Counted from the first letter of the stretch, positions 9,080-19,474 are shown. The stretch: 32,000 nt of DNA from an uncultured Candidatus Saccharibacteria bacterium (GCA_964543385.1 CAZIYE010000004.1:1-32000); one strand, 5' to 3'. A program made the numbers and translations. The notes: generated by a model from the sequence alone, not told the origin.

Positions 9080-9233
9080 AAATTCTCCGTTTGTTTTATT
9101 TGCAACAATTCTAAGCGTTTTGTCCAGACTATTTCTTCATATAGTTTCACAAACCTGACCTAGACCAGAGCTTGAAAAATACATCTAAAAAGTGATAAGT
9201 TATGGACTGATTATAAATTATTTTAGGAGAAAA

Positions 9234-10529
9234 ATGTCAAAAATTGCACAGATTGTGGCTAGAGAAATTTTAGATTCTCGAGGCAATCCTACAGTAGAAG
9301 TAGATTTAACACTGGATGATGGCTCTTTCGGCCGATCTGCAGTTCCATCAGGTGCTTCAACTGGAAGTTACGAAGCAGTCGAATTACGTGATGGCGGAAC
9401 AAGATACATGGGCAAAGGAGTAGAGACTGCCATAAATAATGTAAATAATATTCTAAAACAAGAATTGGTCGGCAAGGAATTCAATCAGGAATTGATCGAT
9501 GAAACTATGATTGCAATTGACGGGACTGAGAACAAGGGCAGACTAGGAGCAAACGCAATCTTGGGGGTTTCCATGGCCTTTTCACACGCCCAAGCAAAAA
9601 GCCAAGGCATTTCATTATATAAGTATTTTGAGAAAATAGCCGAGACTGGCAAGGAAATCAGATTGCCGGTGCCAATGATGAATATATTAAACGGCGGAAA
9701 ACATGCGGAGAATTCAACCGACCTACAGGAATTCATGATTATGCCTGCCGGAGCACCATCTTTTAAGGAAGCGCTTAGATATGGCACTGAGGTATTTCAT
9801 AATTTGAAAAAAATTCTAGCAGCTAAAGGCCTAAACACATCAGTCGGCGACGAAGGCGGTTTTGCACCAGCTCTTCCTTCTAACGAAGCTGCTCTAGAAG
9901 TTATTGTCGAAGCCATAACGAAAGCTGGTTATGTACCAGGCAAGGATATTTATATTGCTATCGACGGTGCTGCGACAGAGCTTTACGAGGATGGGAAATA
10001 TAACCTGGCGACCGAAGGCAAAAAGCTTACAAGTGAGGAAATGATTGATTTATACGCATCATGGCTTCAAAAATATCCGATTATCTCCATTGAAGATGGC
10101 TTGTCAGAGGATGACTGGGCTGGGTATGAATTATTCACACAAAGACTTGGTGACAAAGTTCAAATCGTTGGTGATGATCTATTCGTTACGAATATTAAAA
10201 GACTTCAAGATGGCATTAAAAGAAACGCTGCAAACTCAATCCTTATCAAACTAAACCAGATTGGCACAGTCTCAGAAACTATTAAGGCTATAAAGATGGC
10301 AAATGAGGCCGGTTTTACATCAATTGTTTCTCATCGTTCCGGCGAGACCGAAGATCCAACAATCGCTGATTTTGTAGTAGGACTTGCCAGTGGACAGATA
10401 AAAACTGGATCGCTTTGCCGATCAGAAAGAATCTGCAAATATAATCAACTCTTAAGAATCGAAGAAGAACTGGGAGATAAAGCTATTTATCCTGGTTTGA
10501 ATGCTTTTAATTTTTCCAAAATCAATTAA
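9234..10529 (+). CDS. eno: enolase (phosphopyruvate hydratase)
   Basis: [54 protein letters not shown]; RBS TTAGGAGAAAAATG supports 9234 rather than the longer ORF start 9192. Confidence 0.98.
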   Translation: MSKIAQIVAREILDSRGNPTVEVDLTLDDGSFGRSAVPSGASTGSYEAVELRDGGTRYMGKGVETAINNVNNILKQELVGKEFNQELIDETMIAIDGTENKGRLGANAILGVSMAFSHAQAKSQGISLYKYFEKIAETGKEIRLPVPMMNILNGGKHAENSTDLQEFMIMPAGAPSFKEALRYGTEVFHNLKKILAAKGLNTSVGDEGGFAPALPSNEAALEVIVEAITKAGYVPGKDIYIAIDGAATELYEDGKYNLATEGKKLTSEEMIDLYASWLQKYPIISIEDGLSEDDWAGYELFTQRLGDKVQIVGDDLFVTNIKRLQDGIKRNAANSILIKLNQIGTVSETIKAIKMANEAGFTSIVSHRSGETEDPTIADFVVGLASGQIKTGSLCRSERICKYNQLLRIEEELGDKAIYPGLNAFNFSKIN

Positions 10530-10540
10530 AAAATAAATCT

Positions 10541-12061
10541 ATGAATAAAGACAGGAATAAGGTTATTTTAATTGTGCTCGATGGTTGGGGATATCAGGAA
10601 GAAAAAGAACACAATGCAATCGCCGAGGCAAAAACGCCATATTTTGATAATCTATGGAACAATTACCCTCATGCACTCTTAGAAGCAAGTGGCGAAGCAG
10701 TAGGATTACCAGATGGACAAATGGGCAACAGTGAAGTCGGCCATACTATAATTGGTGCAGGAAAAGTGGTCTATACAGATTTTGCAAAGATATCTAAAGC
10801 TGTAAAAGAAAATGATTTCGAGAATAATGCCTCTTTTATTGATTTATTTAACCATGTAAAACAACATGATTCTGTCCTTCATATTAAGGGCCTGGTAAGT
10901 CCTGGTGGGGTGCATAGTCATAGCCAACATCTCTACGCGTTTCTAAAAGCAGCTAAAAAATTTGGGGTCGAGAAAGTTGCAATACACGCCTTTACCGATG
11001 GTCGAGATACTCCACCCAAAAGTGCACATGAATATCTAAAAGAACTAGAAGATATCATAGAACATATAGGGATCGGTTTTATAGCAACCGCTTCCGGACG
11101 CTTCTACGCAATGGACAGAGATAACAATTGGGATAGATTGAAAAAGGTCGAAGACGCAATTTTTGAAGGTAAAGGTAAGAGCTCTAAGGGCCAGAAGCCA
11201 TCAGATGTTGTCAAGGGGTTACACAGTGAAGGTATCGTTGATGAACATATAGAACCAATTATATTCTTGGATGATCTAGGCAATAGTTACCAAGTCAGAG
11301 ATAATGACGGCATATTCTTTTTCAATTTTAGAAAAGATCGATCAAGGATGATGACCCAGAGAATAATCGAAAGAAAAGATCAGCAAAATCTTTTTCTTGT
11401 TACCATGACTCAGTATGATAACAATTTTAATTGCTCTATTGCTTTTTCTCCCGAAGAAATCACAACAACTCTAGGCAATGAAATCTCCAAATCTGGCCTA
11501 AAACAGGCTCATATCGCAGAAACAGAAAAGTTTGCTCATTGTACATATTACCTAAACGGCGGCAGACAAGAGCCATATGATGGCGAGAAACAAATATTAG
11601 TTGAAAGTCGAAAAGATATTAGCACCCATGACCAGGCACCCGAGATGAGGGCAAAAGAAATTACTGAGGAAATATTGCATTCTATTGCCGACAGCACCGA
11701 CTTCATTTTTGTCAATTATGCAAATCCAGATATGATCGGACATACCGGCAACAAGAATGCGATTATAAAAGCCATAGAATGTGTTGATTGTGAGATCAAT
11801 AAAGTAGTAAATGCTGCGTTAAAAAATGACTTTGATATTATTATCACCGCTGATCACGGCAACGCCGAGGTAAATTTTGATAAGATCTCAAATCAAAATC
11901 ATACTGCTCATACCATAAACCCTGTCCCAATTATCTATATCAGCAGAAAAAACTCAAAGATCTCGAACGGAGCACTTTATGATATAGCACCAACAGTCTT
12001 GAAACTCCTACATATAGAAAAACCAGAATCTATGACTGGAGAAAATATAATCAAACACTAA
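10541..12061 (+). CDS. gpmI: 2,3-bisphosphoglycerate-independent phosphoglycerate mutase
   Basis: ORF 506 aa; LIVLDGWGY, QMGNSEVGHTIIGAG, GRFYAMDRDNNWDR, ITADHGNAE. Confidence 0.97.
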   Translation: MNKDRNKVILIVLDGWGYQEEKEHNAIAEAKTPYFDNLWNNYPHALLEASGEAVGLPDGQMGNSEVGHTIIGAGKVVYTDFAKISKAVKENDFENNASFIDLFNHVKQHDSVLHIKGLVSPGGVHSHSQHLYAFLKAAKKFGVEKVAIHAFTDGRDTPPKSAHEYLKELEDIIEHIGIGFIATASGRFYAMDRDNNWDRLKKVEDAIFEGKGKSSKGQKPSDVVKGLHSEGIVDEHIEPIIFLDDLGNSYQVRDNDGIFFFNFRKDRSRMMTQRIIERKDQQNLFLVTMTQYDNNFNCSIAFSPEEITTTLGNEISKSGLKQAHIAETEKFAHCTYYLNGGRQEPYDGEKQILVESRKDISTHDQAPEMRAKEITEEILHSIADSTDFIFVNYANPDMIGHTGNKNAIIKAIECVDCEINKVVNAALKNDFDIIITADHGNAEVNFDKISNQNHTAHTINPVPIIYISRKNSKISNGALYDIAPTVLKLLHIEKPESMTGENIIKH

Positions 12062-12074
12062 AAAGCGTACATAA

Positions 12075-12104
12075 AAAAGAGGCTCTACAAGAGCCTCTTT
12101 TTTT
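12075..12104. terminator. bidirectional Rho-independent terminator
   Basis: AAAAGAGGCTC-TACAA-GAGCCTCTTTT between convergent gpmI and the minus-strand genes. Confidence 0.88.
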
Positions 12105-12118
12105 ATATCGTAATGTAG

Positions 12119-12247
12119 TTAGCGAATCTCTTTTTCCTGTCTCGACGGCTCAGTATCTCCGCTATTTTGCCAATTCCATACGCCCCATAAAGCCGCTACA
12201 ATTGCTATGATCGCAAGCACAAATATTAGTAGCTTTTTATAATTCAT
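12119..12247 (-). CDS. 42-aa single-TM microprotein, hypothetical (absent from the ORF track)
   Basis: Manual translation: MNYKKLLIFVLAIIAIVAALWGVWNWQNSGDTEPSRQEKEIR*; start overlaps the last 11 nt of the foldase ORF. Confidence 0.5.
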   Translation of the reverse strand: MNYKKLLIFVLAIIAIVAALWGVWNWQNSGDTEPSRQEKEIR

Positions 12248-13253
12248 AAAATTTCAGAATTAAACTTTTTGCCTTGATACCTTCCATCCAATCCGTGAAT
12301 TTTTCCTCTATACTGCCAGTTTTAGATTCTACTTTGATAATATGCCAGCCAAATTCGCTTCTTACCGAAGAAGATATTTCGCCAACTTTTGTCTTAAAGG
12401 CTTCTTCAGAGAATTCATCTACCATATCCCCCTTAGCAAAGGGTTCTAAAGTTCCTCCCTGTTCGGCGCTACCAGTATCCTCTGAATATTTCTTTGCAGC
12501 TTCGGCAAAATCAAGTCCTGCTTTAATTTCGGTTAATATCCCCTCTATCTTTGTTTTGGCGGCGTCCACAGTCTCTTGATTAGCATCTTTGTCCACACGG
12601 ATAAGGATATGTTTGGCCTGAATCTTGGCGATAGATGTTTCGTTTAGCTTATCTCGTAAAAGCTGAATTTTCACAAGCTTGGTAAACTCTTTCAAAGTTA
12701 ATCCATATAATTCCTGCAGAACCTTCTCGACTTTTTCCTTGCCGCCATTTTGTTCCACTATAGCATTAATAGTAGAGTCAACATCTTTTTTATCAACTTT
12801 TATCCCATCATTCATTGCTCTGAATTTGATAATCTTGTTTTCAATAAGCTGGTCTATAATCTGACTATCAATTTCCTTAAAATTTACCTCTTCTTGCTTA
12901 GTGGCGTCATAAAAATGATGAATATAATTTCTCTCATTGAGATAATCGTTATAAGTAATAAAGTCATAATTAACAACAGCAATTGGGAGAGGTATTATCT
13001 TTGCAGCTATCTGTGTGGCTTTATTGTCAATCTTAAAACCATAAACCATGACCGCAAAGACAGCTTCTACGATAGCGATCGCAATAAAGATAATTACTAT
13101 AGGCAAAGACAGCTTCCGCCAATTTATCTTACTTGTTATGAATTTTGATTTAGACGAACAAGACTTAAAACAATTTTTGGTCTTGACGGACAAGGACTTA
13201 AAAAACGATATTATAGATTTAATATCGAAATTAACTTTTAATTTATTCTTCAT
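12237..13253 (-). CDS. parvulin-type peptidyl-prolyl isomerase / foldase (PrsA/SurA-like), TM-anchored
   Basis: ORF 338 aa; N-terminal TM, IQAKHILIRVDK...FAEAAKKYSEDTGSAEQGGTLEPFAKGDMVDEFSEEAFKTKVGEISSSVRSEFGWHIIKV. Confidence 0.92.
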   Translation of the reverse strand: MKNKLKVNFDIKSIISFFKSLSVKTKNCFKSCSSKSKFITSKINWRKLSLPIVIIFIAIAIVEAVFAVMVYGFKIDNKATQIAAKIIPLPIAVVNYDFITYNDYLNERNYIHHFYDATKQEEVNFKEIDSQIIDQLIENKIIKFRAMNDGIKVDKKDVDSTINAIVEQNGGKEKVEKVLQELYGLTLKEFTKLVKIQLLRDKLNETSIAKIQAKHILIRVDKDANQETVDAAKTKIEGILTEIKAGLDFAEAAKKYSEDTGSAEQGGTLEPFAKGDMVDEFSEEAFKTKVGEISSSVRSEFGWHIIKVESKTGSIEEKFTDWMEGIKAKSLILKFYEL

Positions 13254-13294
13254 ATATCTCCAATTTTTATCTCATTATATAAGAGGTTATGTTA

Positions 13295-13867
13295 TTAGAC
13301 AAGACCACCCCAGGTTGATGTAAGAAAAACCAATATAATCGCCAAGGTAGTTATTATTACATATGTTAAAAAATTATTATCCATATGTTTAGCCAAAATA
13401 GTATAACAATATCCAACAAATAGATAGCTTATTGAAGCAATAATTAAACTCTGGTTGATAGGACTAATGGCAAAATAGCTCAAAGCCAAAAAGGCCTGCA
13501 AGATTATAAGACTAAATAAGACTAGATATATTAGTCGTTTATTCCCTAATATTCCGATCTTTTGCTCAGTATAAGTAAAAAGATAGCCGAATATAATAAC
13601 AACCCCTATCATTATAAGCCAGAGGGGTATGCTCAACTGAAACATAAATACACTAAAAGCATATGTAGAAGTAAAAGAGAGTAGGATAAGGGTAAATATT
13701 GTTGATTTCTCCGTCCAGATGAAGATTAGACCTAGCAAGGAAATAAAAATGATCAGCCAAGATAATACCGAGCTATCCTGATTGGTCAAATAAAAAGATA
13801 GGTTACTCCATGTAAGTATGAGCGTTAGTAGTATTTTCCGGGCCAGCTGGTTGTGCAAAAACGCCAT
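13295..13867 (-). CDS. multi-pass membrane protein, hypothetical
   Basis: ORF 190 aa, mostly hydrophobic helices; 3 nt from the LCP gene. Confidence 0.65.
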   Translation of the reverse strand: MAFLHNQLARKILLTLILTWSNLSFYLTNQDSSVLSWLIIFISLLGLIFIWTEKSTIFTLILLSFTSTYAFSVFMFQLSIPLWLIMIGVVIIFGYLFTYTEQKIGILGNKRLIYLVLFSLIILQAFLALSYFAISPINQSLIIASISYLFVGYCYTILAKHMDNNFLTYVIITTLAIILVFLTSTWGGLV

Positions 13868-13870
13868 AAA

Positions 13871-15259
13871 TTAACTCTTCGAAGAATTGTAGTCATCACC
13901 GATGATTATCCTAATATCGGTTGTTTCTCCGTCCTTTTTATCAGCAGTCTTTATTTCTGCATTTAGCCTATTTTTTAAGAATTCTAGAGTATTTTTTTTG
14001 CTTTGTCCACTTAAATCATAAATAACCGTATTGGCTGTTTTTTGTTTTGCAACTGAAATAGAGGATATTGTATAACCGCTTTTTTGCAGCTCCTCCGCTA
14101 ATATACCACCAAGACCGGATTTAGCAGAACCATTCTGAATCTCAATTCTGGCCGATTCTTTTTTCTTATAGTCAAAGATATTTTCAGCCAGATTCTGGAT
14201 TTCCTTAAAATTTCCTGATTTTGGTTTTAGATAATAGAGTCCATTGTTGTGGTCGACAAGAAGTCCATTGGGACCATTTGATAGAACTTCTGTTATCGCG
14301 CCGTCCATAGATATGCCGCTTATTAGCTCTAGGAAAGATTTGGTTTCGCTTGGCGTAAGACTGAGTCTTATGCTATTTCCAAGAGTCGCCGTGACATCAG
14401 CAATTTTTTTAGGATTTGCCAAGAAACCAGCCTTCATTGCCCGTTCCTTTACTGCCGAAACTATCTTTTGTTGTCTAGCAGCACGATCAAAATCAGATGT
14501 CGTCTCTCTAGAACGAGCATATTTCAGAGCCGTTTTGCCATCCAGGTGATGCTGTCCTGCTTTTATTTTAAATGGTGCATAACCCTTCATTGCATCATCA
14601 GGAAAGAGCGGATCATAGATTGTCTTTTCGACGTAAACATCCACTCCCCCTAATTGATCAATGACTTTCTCGAATCCCTTGAAATCAGCTGTAATATAGT
14701 AATGTATCGGAATATCCAGAACGCCCGAAACAACATCAACGGATTGTCTTGCTCCGGCCGTCAAAGCAAGCTCCTGACAAGCAGAGGCATTTTTTTTGTT
14801 GCACTGCTTAGTATAATAATCGTTATATCCAGCATAAAAGGCAGAATTTATTTTGTCATCTCCTCTACCAGGAACTTTTACCTGAAGATCGCGCGGAATT
14901 GACAAAATGGCAACCTTTTTGTCACTCGGTCTAATGCTTAAAACCATAATACTATCAGTCAGTAAACCCCCGGGATGATTAACCCCGCCCATACCCATTA
15001 GTAATACATTTATACGGTCCTGATCTTCACCCTTTAGTTTTTCCTTGCCATAAAAAGTCTTGATTAGTGACTGACCGCCGAGTCCTTGCTCAAAGACTTT
15101 TGAGCCAGAGGCGACTAAAAATGCAGCATAGGAGATAACAAGGATTAGAAGTAAAGACAAAGCCATAATGACAATCCGCCAGATCTTCTTCTTTGGAGGT
15201 TTATTAGACTGCTTTAAATTATGTCTAGGATTTTGTTTTTTCTTTAAGAAAAATGACAT
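13871..15259 (-). CDS. LytR-CpsA-Psr (LCP) family protein with C-terminal LytR_C-like domain
   Basis: ORF 462 aa; INVLLMGMGGVNHPGGLLTDSIMVLSIRP, VAILSIPRDLQVKVPG, IDQLGGVDVYVE, GKTALKYARSRETTSDFDRAARQQKIV; C-terminal VEIQNGSAKSGLG. Confidence 0.94.
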   Translation of the reverse strand: MSFFLKKKQNPRHNLKQSNKPPKKKIWRIVIMALSLLLILVISYAAFLVASGSKVFEQGLGGQSLIKTFYGKEKLKGEDQDRINVLLMGMGGVNHPGGLLTDSIMVLSIRPSDKKVAILSIPRDLQVKVPGRGDDKINSAFYAGYNDYYTKQCNKKNASACQELALTAGARQSVDVVSGVLDIPIHYYITADFKGFEKVIDQLGGVDVYVEKTIYDPLFPDDAMKGYAPFKIKAGQHHLDGKTALKYARSRETTSDFDRAARQQKIVSAVKERAMKAGFLANPKKIADVTATLGNSIRLSLTPSETKSFLELISGISMDGAITEVLSNGPNGLLVDHNNGLYYLKPKSGNFKEIQNLAENIFDYKKKESARIEIQNGSAKSGLGGILAEELQKSGYTISSISVAKQKTANTVIYDLSGQSKKNTLEFLKNRLNAEIKTADKKDGETTDIRIIIGDDYNSSKS

Positions 15260-15309
15260 TTTTATATTAGAAAATTAATTAACTACAAAGATCATCTTAT
15301 CAAATAACC

Positions 15310-15681
15310 CTATTTGAGTCTAGATTTCTCCTTGGTGATAAACGGTTCTTTCAGATATCTAGCTGACACAGGTCGTTTAAAATTATCGTTTTCGTCCACA
15401 TCTCCCGCACAGACAACCGGAATATTGAGACCAAAAGCGAGAAAATTTGCTGTGGTAATACCAACTCTAATGCCAGTATATGAACCAGGCCCGCAGTTAA
15501 CCACAATCTTGTCTATAGATTTTTTAGAGAAATTATTCTTTTTTAGTAATTCGTCTATAACCTGTAATAATTTCTCGCTCTGGCTGAAACGTAGACTATC
15601 TCGATATTGATCGATAATCTTGCCATTATCATCATTCAGGGCCATAATTGTATCATCACTTGTATCAATATATAATTGCAT
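15310..15681 (-). CDS. tsaB: TsaB-like t6A biosynthesis protein, short form
   Basis: ORF 123 aa; YIDTSDD, VVNCGPGSYTGIRVGITTANFLAFGLNIPV; only the N-terminal part of a typical TsaB. Confidence 0.82.
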   Translation of the reverse strand: MQLYIDTSDDTIMALNDDNGKIIDQYRDSLRFSQSEKLLQVIDELLKKNNFSKKSIDKIVVNCGPGSYTGIRVGITTANFLAFGLNIPVVCAGDVDENDNFKRPVSARYLKEPFITKEKSRLK

Positions 15682-15687
15682 TTTTTC

Positions 15688-16107
15688 CTAGTAGCTAATT
15701 TGTCTAGAATTTTTATCAATAAACAGAAATTTTATTGATTTAGACTTATTTTTTATTATCGGCCAGACATTTTCAGGCCACTCTATCAAGACAACATTTT
15801 CCTTATTATCAATTACCTCGGAAAGTCCGATAGAATCTGCATCAGCCAAAGAAGTCAAACGATATGCATCAATATGGACTAAATACTTTATTTCATTATG
15901 GTCAGTCGGATAAATTTTCATAATGTTGAAAGTCGGACTTTTTATAGTCTTTTGTATCCCCAAGGACTTGGCCAAACCCTTCACAAATGTTGTTTTGCCA
16001 GCGCCAAGATCGCCGAACAGGGCGAAAACCTTGCCTCCCTTTAGATCTGCTGCCAATTTGGCACCCAGGCCAAACGTCTCTTTCTCACTTTTTGAAATAA
16101 TATCCAT
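15688..16107 (-). CDS. tsaE: tRNA t6A biosynthesis ATPase TsaE
   Basis: ORF 139 aa; LFGDLGAGKTTFVKGLAKSLGI Walker A, IKSPTFNI, HIDAYRL. Confidence 0.94.
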   Translation of the reverse strand: MDIISKSEKETFGLGAKLAADLKGGKVFALFGDLGAGKTTFVKGLAKSLGIQKTIKSPTFNIMKIYPTDHNEIKYLVHIDAYRLTSLADADSIGLSEVIDNKENVVLIEWPENVWPIIKNKSKSIKFLFIDKNSRQISY

Positions 16108-17342
16108 AATGTATAAATAATTGTACCAAAAATTAAACTAAGTATCTCGCTCGGCCCAGCCATAGGCAGGTGATCAGAAGTCAATACTTTAACATCTTCT
16201 TGCTTTGTTGGCAATATTCTATATTCGCCTTTGTATTCCGATACAATACCAGCAATCTCTACCTTGTCCCCTTTTCTCATCTTCGGCTTATCGATATTCG
16301 CCGAATCACGAATGTTAACTTTGATTTTTTCATCAGAGTTTTTCGTCCCAACCACAAAATTGTCACCGCTAGTCTCAATGACTAGTCCGGTTATTTTAAT
16401 ATATTCCCCTTCATATTTTTCACTAATTTCTGAGACTTCAACTCGCACTGGAATAATTTCGGCTACATTTTCCAAGATACGAATATTAGTAATATCTGCA
16501 ATCTTAATTCTCCTCTCGCCCGAGACACTAGATAATTCACCGCTAATTAAAATTTTGTCCCCGAGCTTTAATATGGGAAATAGTTTGTGATAATTATAGA
16601 CTTGCATACCACCAGTCTTATCCTCAATATAGAAGTATTGAGTAGACAGTACGCCAGGCAAAACCGTAACTATGCCAGAAACCGTAGTTTTATCACCATC
16701 TTGATCTTCTCGAGCTATAGCAATATCTACGATAATATCTTCTGTCTTAATTTCCTCTGGCTCAACAATAGGAAGAGGTCCAGAGCCAGGGGAAGGTTTT
16801 ATATTCATAATAAACTGACCATCAATAGGCGCTCTCTCTATCGACTGTCCATCATCTATAACCAAATCCTTGTAGTCAGTTGAGTTCCAAATAACTTCAT
16901 TTATAATGTTTTTGTCGCCATCCAAAATAGTCAAAGTATCGTTTGAATTGCTCAATCCATTTCCGATTACATGCTCCAAGTAAATTACTTTTGCTCCTAG
17001 ATCAACGTCAGGGAAATTTATTAGAAAAAATTCCTTGTAAGCAGCTATTACAAGAAAACTATCAGGCTCGACCACATAGGAAATGTTTGAGATAATAACG
17101 CTATCCATATTGTCCTTAAGCGACCAATTTATTATGTCAACTGGCTCGTCTGTATTGTTATAGAGTTCGACCCATTCATATTTTGTATCAGTTCCTGCTT
17201 GGATCGGGTTGTAATAAACCTCAGAAATCAACAGTGAGCCCACGGGACGAGTATCGTCAGCCGCCTTAACAAACTCAGGCAAAAAATATGTTGCCGAGAA
17301 ACAAATAACGAACAATAAAGTTTTTACTATTTTTCCCCTCAT
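16041..17342 (-). CDS. exported lamin-tail-domain (LTD) and OB-fold protein with C-terminal TM anchor
   Basis: ORF 433 aa; signal peptide, LISEVYYNPIQAGTDTKYEWVELYNNTDEPVDIINWSLKD (LTD), DTIISGELSSV/ISGEY OB-like repeats, C-terminal LIFGTIIYTLWILFQKVRKRR. Confidence 0.8.
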   Translation of the reverse strand: MRGKIVKTLLFVICFSATYFLPEFVKAADDTRPVGSLLISEVYYNPIQAGTDTKYEWVELYNNTDEPVDIINWSLKDNMDSVIISNISYVVEPDSFLVIAAYKEFFLINFPDVDLGAKVIYLEHVIGNGLSNSNDTLTILDGDKNIINEVIWNSTDYKDLVIDDGQSIERAPIDGQFIMNIKPSPGSGPLPIVEPEEIKTEDIIVDIAIAREDQDGDKTTVSGIVTVLPGVLSTQYFYIEDKTGGMQVYNYHKLFPILKLGDKILISGELSSVSGERRIKIADITNIRILENVAEIIPVRVEVSEISEKYEGEYIKITGLVIETSGDNFVVGTKNSDEKIKVNIRDSANIDKPKMRKGDKVEIAGIVSEYKGEYRILPTKQEDVKVLTSDHLPMAGPSEILSLIFGTIIYTLWILFQKVRKRRLAWVPNWQQI

Positions 17343-17362
17343 AAAGCTATCTTTATTTTCCC

Positions 17363-18421
17363 CTATTCCATATTTACAAACATAGCATCGCCATAAGAAT
17401 AGAAACGATAATTATGCTTTATTGCCTCGTCATACGCGTGTAAAACATTTTTTCTGCCGGCAAGAGCCGAGACTAAAAACAAGAGGGAAGAAGCCGGAAG
17501 GTGAAAGTTTGTTATAAGGCTATCAACAAATTTGAATTTATAACCAGGATAAATGTATATATCGGTCCAGCCACTCAGCGATGGTAATGGTCGAACATCA
17601 TTAGACAGCGACTCGGTGAATATTGTTTCCAATACACGGGTAGTTGTTGTTCCAACAGCGATAATCCTATGTCCGTTTTTTTTCAGCTCGAGCAAGCTAT
17701 TATAAGAATCCTGGGAAATCGAATAAAATTCCTGGTGGATTTTATGATCCTCAACTTCTTTCGCCTCAACATGAGCAAAAGTCCCCAGACCGACATGTAA
17801 TGTTAATTCTAAGGTTTTTACACCCTTGATTCTTATTTGGTCCAAAAGACTTGCGCTGAAATGCAAACCTGCCGTTGGCGCAGCAATGCTTCCTCTCTTT
17901 TTTGCATAAATTGTTTGATATCTTTCTTTATCTTTTTCATACAAAGTATGATTTATTTTTCTCTTTGCCTCTATATACGGTGGCAAAGGGATGAGACCAA
18001 TTTTTTCTAGCTCAGAAAAGAATTCTTCTTCCTTAAAATTAAAATCCAAAACGAAAGTTTTATCATTCCTAGAGATAACATTGGCTTTCAAATCCGAGTT
18101 CTCAAAGATAATACTTTGATTGATACTTAAATTCTTGCCGATAACTTCCCAATAATTACCATCAATTTGGTGATTCAATAAAATTTCGACCCTACCTCCA
18201 GTGCTCTCCTTTTTTCCTATCAACCTTGCTGGAAAGACTTTTGTATTATTGAATACAAGGACATCTTTATCTGACAGGAGTGAAAGAAGATCGGAGAATT
18301 TCCGATGACTAATATGGCCCATGCTATCTAGAACTAGCAGTTTTGATTCATCACGTTTATCAGTTGGTTTCTCCGCAATTAATTCGCTTGGCAGATTGAA
18401 ATTATAATCAGACACTTTCAT
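17363..18421 (-). CDS. queA: S-adenosylmethionine:tRNA ribosyltransferase-isomerase
   Basis: ORF 352 aa; MKVSDYNFNLPSELIAEKP, FNNTKVFPARL, GSIAAPTAGLHFS, TLHVGLGTFAHVE, TNFHLPASSLLFLVSA. Confidence 0.97.
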   Translation of the reverse strand: MKVSDYNFNLPSELIAEKPTDKRDESKLLVLDSMGHISHRKFSDLLSLLSDKDVLVFNNTKVFPARLIGKKESTGGRVEILLNHQIDGNYWEVIGKNLSINQSIIFENSDLKANVISRNDKTFVLDFNFKEEEFFSELEKIGLIPLPPYIEAKRKINHTLYEKDKERYQTIYAKKRGSIAAPTAGLHFSASLLDQIRIKGVKTLELTLHVGLGTFAHVEAKEVEDHKIHQEFYSISQDSYNSLLELKKNGHRIIAVGTTTTRVLETIFTESLSNDVRPLPSLSGWTDIYIYPGYKFKFVDSLITNFHLPASSLLFLVSALAGRKNVLHAYDEAIKHNYRFYSYGDAMFVNME

Positions 18422-19266
18422 GGCGTTAGATCTATTTCCCTTCCTTCGGTTAATTCACCTTGACTATCTGATACTTTTTTATTCACTTTTGAATCATTCT
18501 TTGTATTAGAATCCGTAGCTACTAAAATCTTGTTATTTTGAGCAAGCTTTTTAATATTATCTTTCTCTGTCCTATCCTCCTGCGTTATTACCATCCCTCC
18601 GTATTTCACACGATCAATGAATCGTGATTCACCGAGAACGTTTTTTGCCTGTCTTTCTAATTCTCCAAAAGGTAATTCAGCTTCACTATCTCTAGCTCTT
18701 TCTCCCAGACCAACATCTCTTCTGTTAGATCTTCTATTCGTCCTCTCAATATGTGCTTCATGGAGACTAATTATTTGTTTGGCGACTAAATAAGGATGTG
18801 GAATTGACTTGAAAACAAAATTCTCTCTTTCTCCGGCGGTTTGGATATGGACATCTCCAAAATGCAGTAATGTCTGCCAGATACCCTCAACTCGAGCATT
18901 TACATCCTGTACTTGGTGTAAATGCAATTCAGATATTTGTCGTTTGAAATAACCTTCTTGACTGATATCGACAATTCTTTGATCAGTGACTATGTAAACA
19001 TCAAGATAGTAGTCAACGAAGCCATAGAGCTGGGCAGCTAGTACAACTAAAACAAAAATAGCAAGAAAAATTACTAAGATTTGTCCGCCAACTGGCGTTA
19101 TAAGTGTTGGGTTATTTACCCAGACAAAAAGAGCTATAAGCACAGGGATTACTGCAAGAAAATCCAGAAAGAAAAAGATCACATAGTTAAACCAGTGCTT
19201 TCTAATAAGAAGAAATATTCGCTCTTCTTGTGATTGATTTGGAAATAATTTTTCTCTTACTGACAT
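18418..19266 (-). CDS. membrane protein with bacterial PH (YdbS/YdbT-like) domain
   Basis: ORF 282 aa; two TM helices then DYYLDVYIVTDQRIVDISQEGYFKRQISELHLHQVQDVNARVEGIWQTLLHFGDVHIQTAG. Confidence 0.85.
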   Translation of the reverse strand: MSVREKLFPNQSQEERIFLLIRKHWFNYVIFFFLDFLAVIPVLIALFVWVNNPTLITPVGGQILVIFLAIFVLVVLAAQLYGFVDYYLDVYIVTDQRIVDISQEGYFKRQISELHLHQVQDVNARVEGIWQTLLHFGDVHIQTAGERENFVFKSIPHPYLVAKQIISLHEAHIERTNRRSNRRDVGLGERARDSEAELPFGELERQAKNVLGESRFIDRVKYGGMVITQEDRTEKDNIKKLAQNNKILVATDSNTKNDSKVNKKVSDSQGELTEGREIDLTP

Positions 19267-19267
19267 A

Positions 19268-19474
19268 TTATGCTCCCGTTTCTAAAGCCGTTAAAATCAA
19301 TACTGAGGACATGATTATCACTATGGAAATAACTGAATATAAAATAATAATAACTTTTGATAAATCGCCAGAATACCCAAATCTCCAGAGATGGTAGATA
19401 CCGAAAAGGCTGAAGATTATATAGGCGAATAGAAATAGTCCGTAAAAGAAGAAAAGGAGATTAAATGAATTCAT
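19268..19474 (-). CDS. small two-TM membrane protein, hypothetical
   Basis: ORF 68 aa tightly packed between queH and the PH-domain gene; strongly hydrophobic. Confidence 0.6.
   Translation of the reverse strand: MNSFNLLFFFYGLFLFAYIIFSLFGIYHLWRFGYSGDLSKVIIILYSVISIVIIMSSVLILTALETGA

Noticed and set aside
9192-9233. Upstream extension of enolase ([14 protein letters not shown])
   Set aside because: The real enolase N-terminus [19 protein letters not shown] starts at 9234 with a good RBS.
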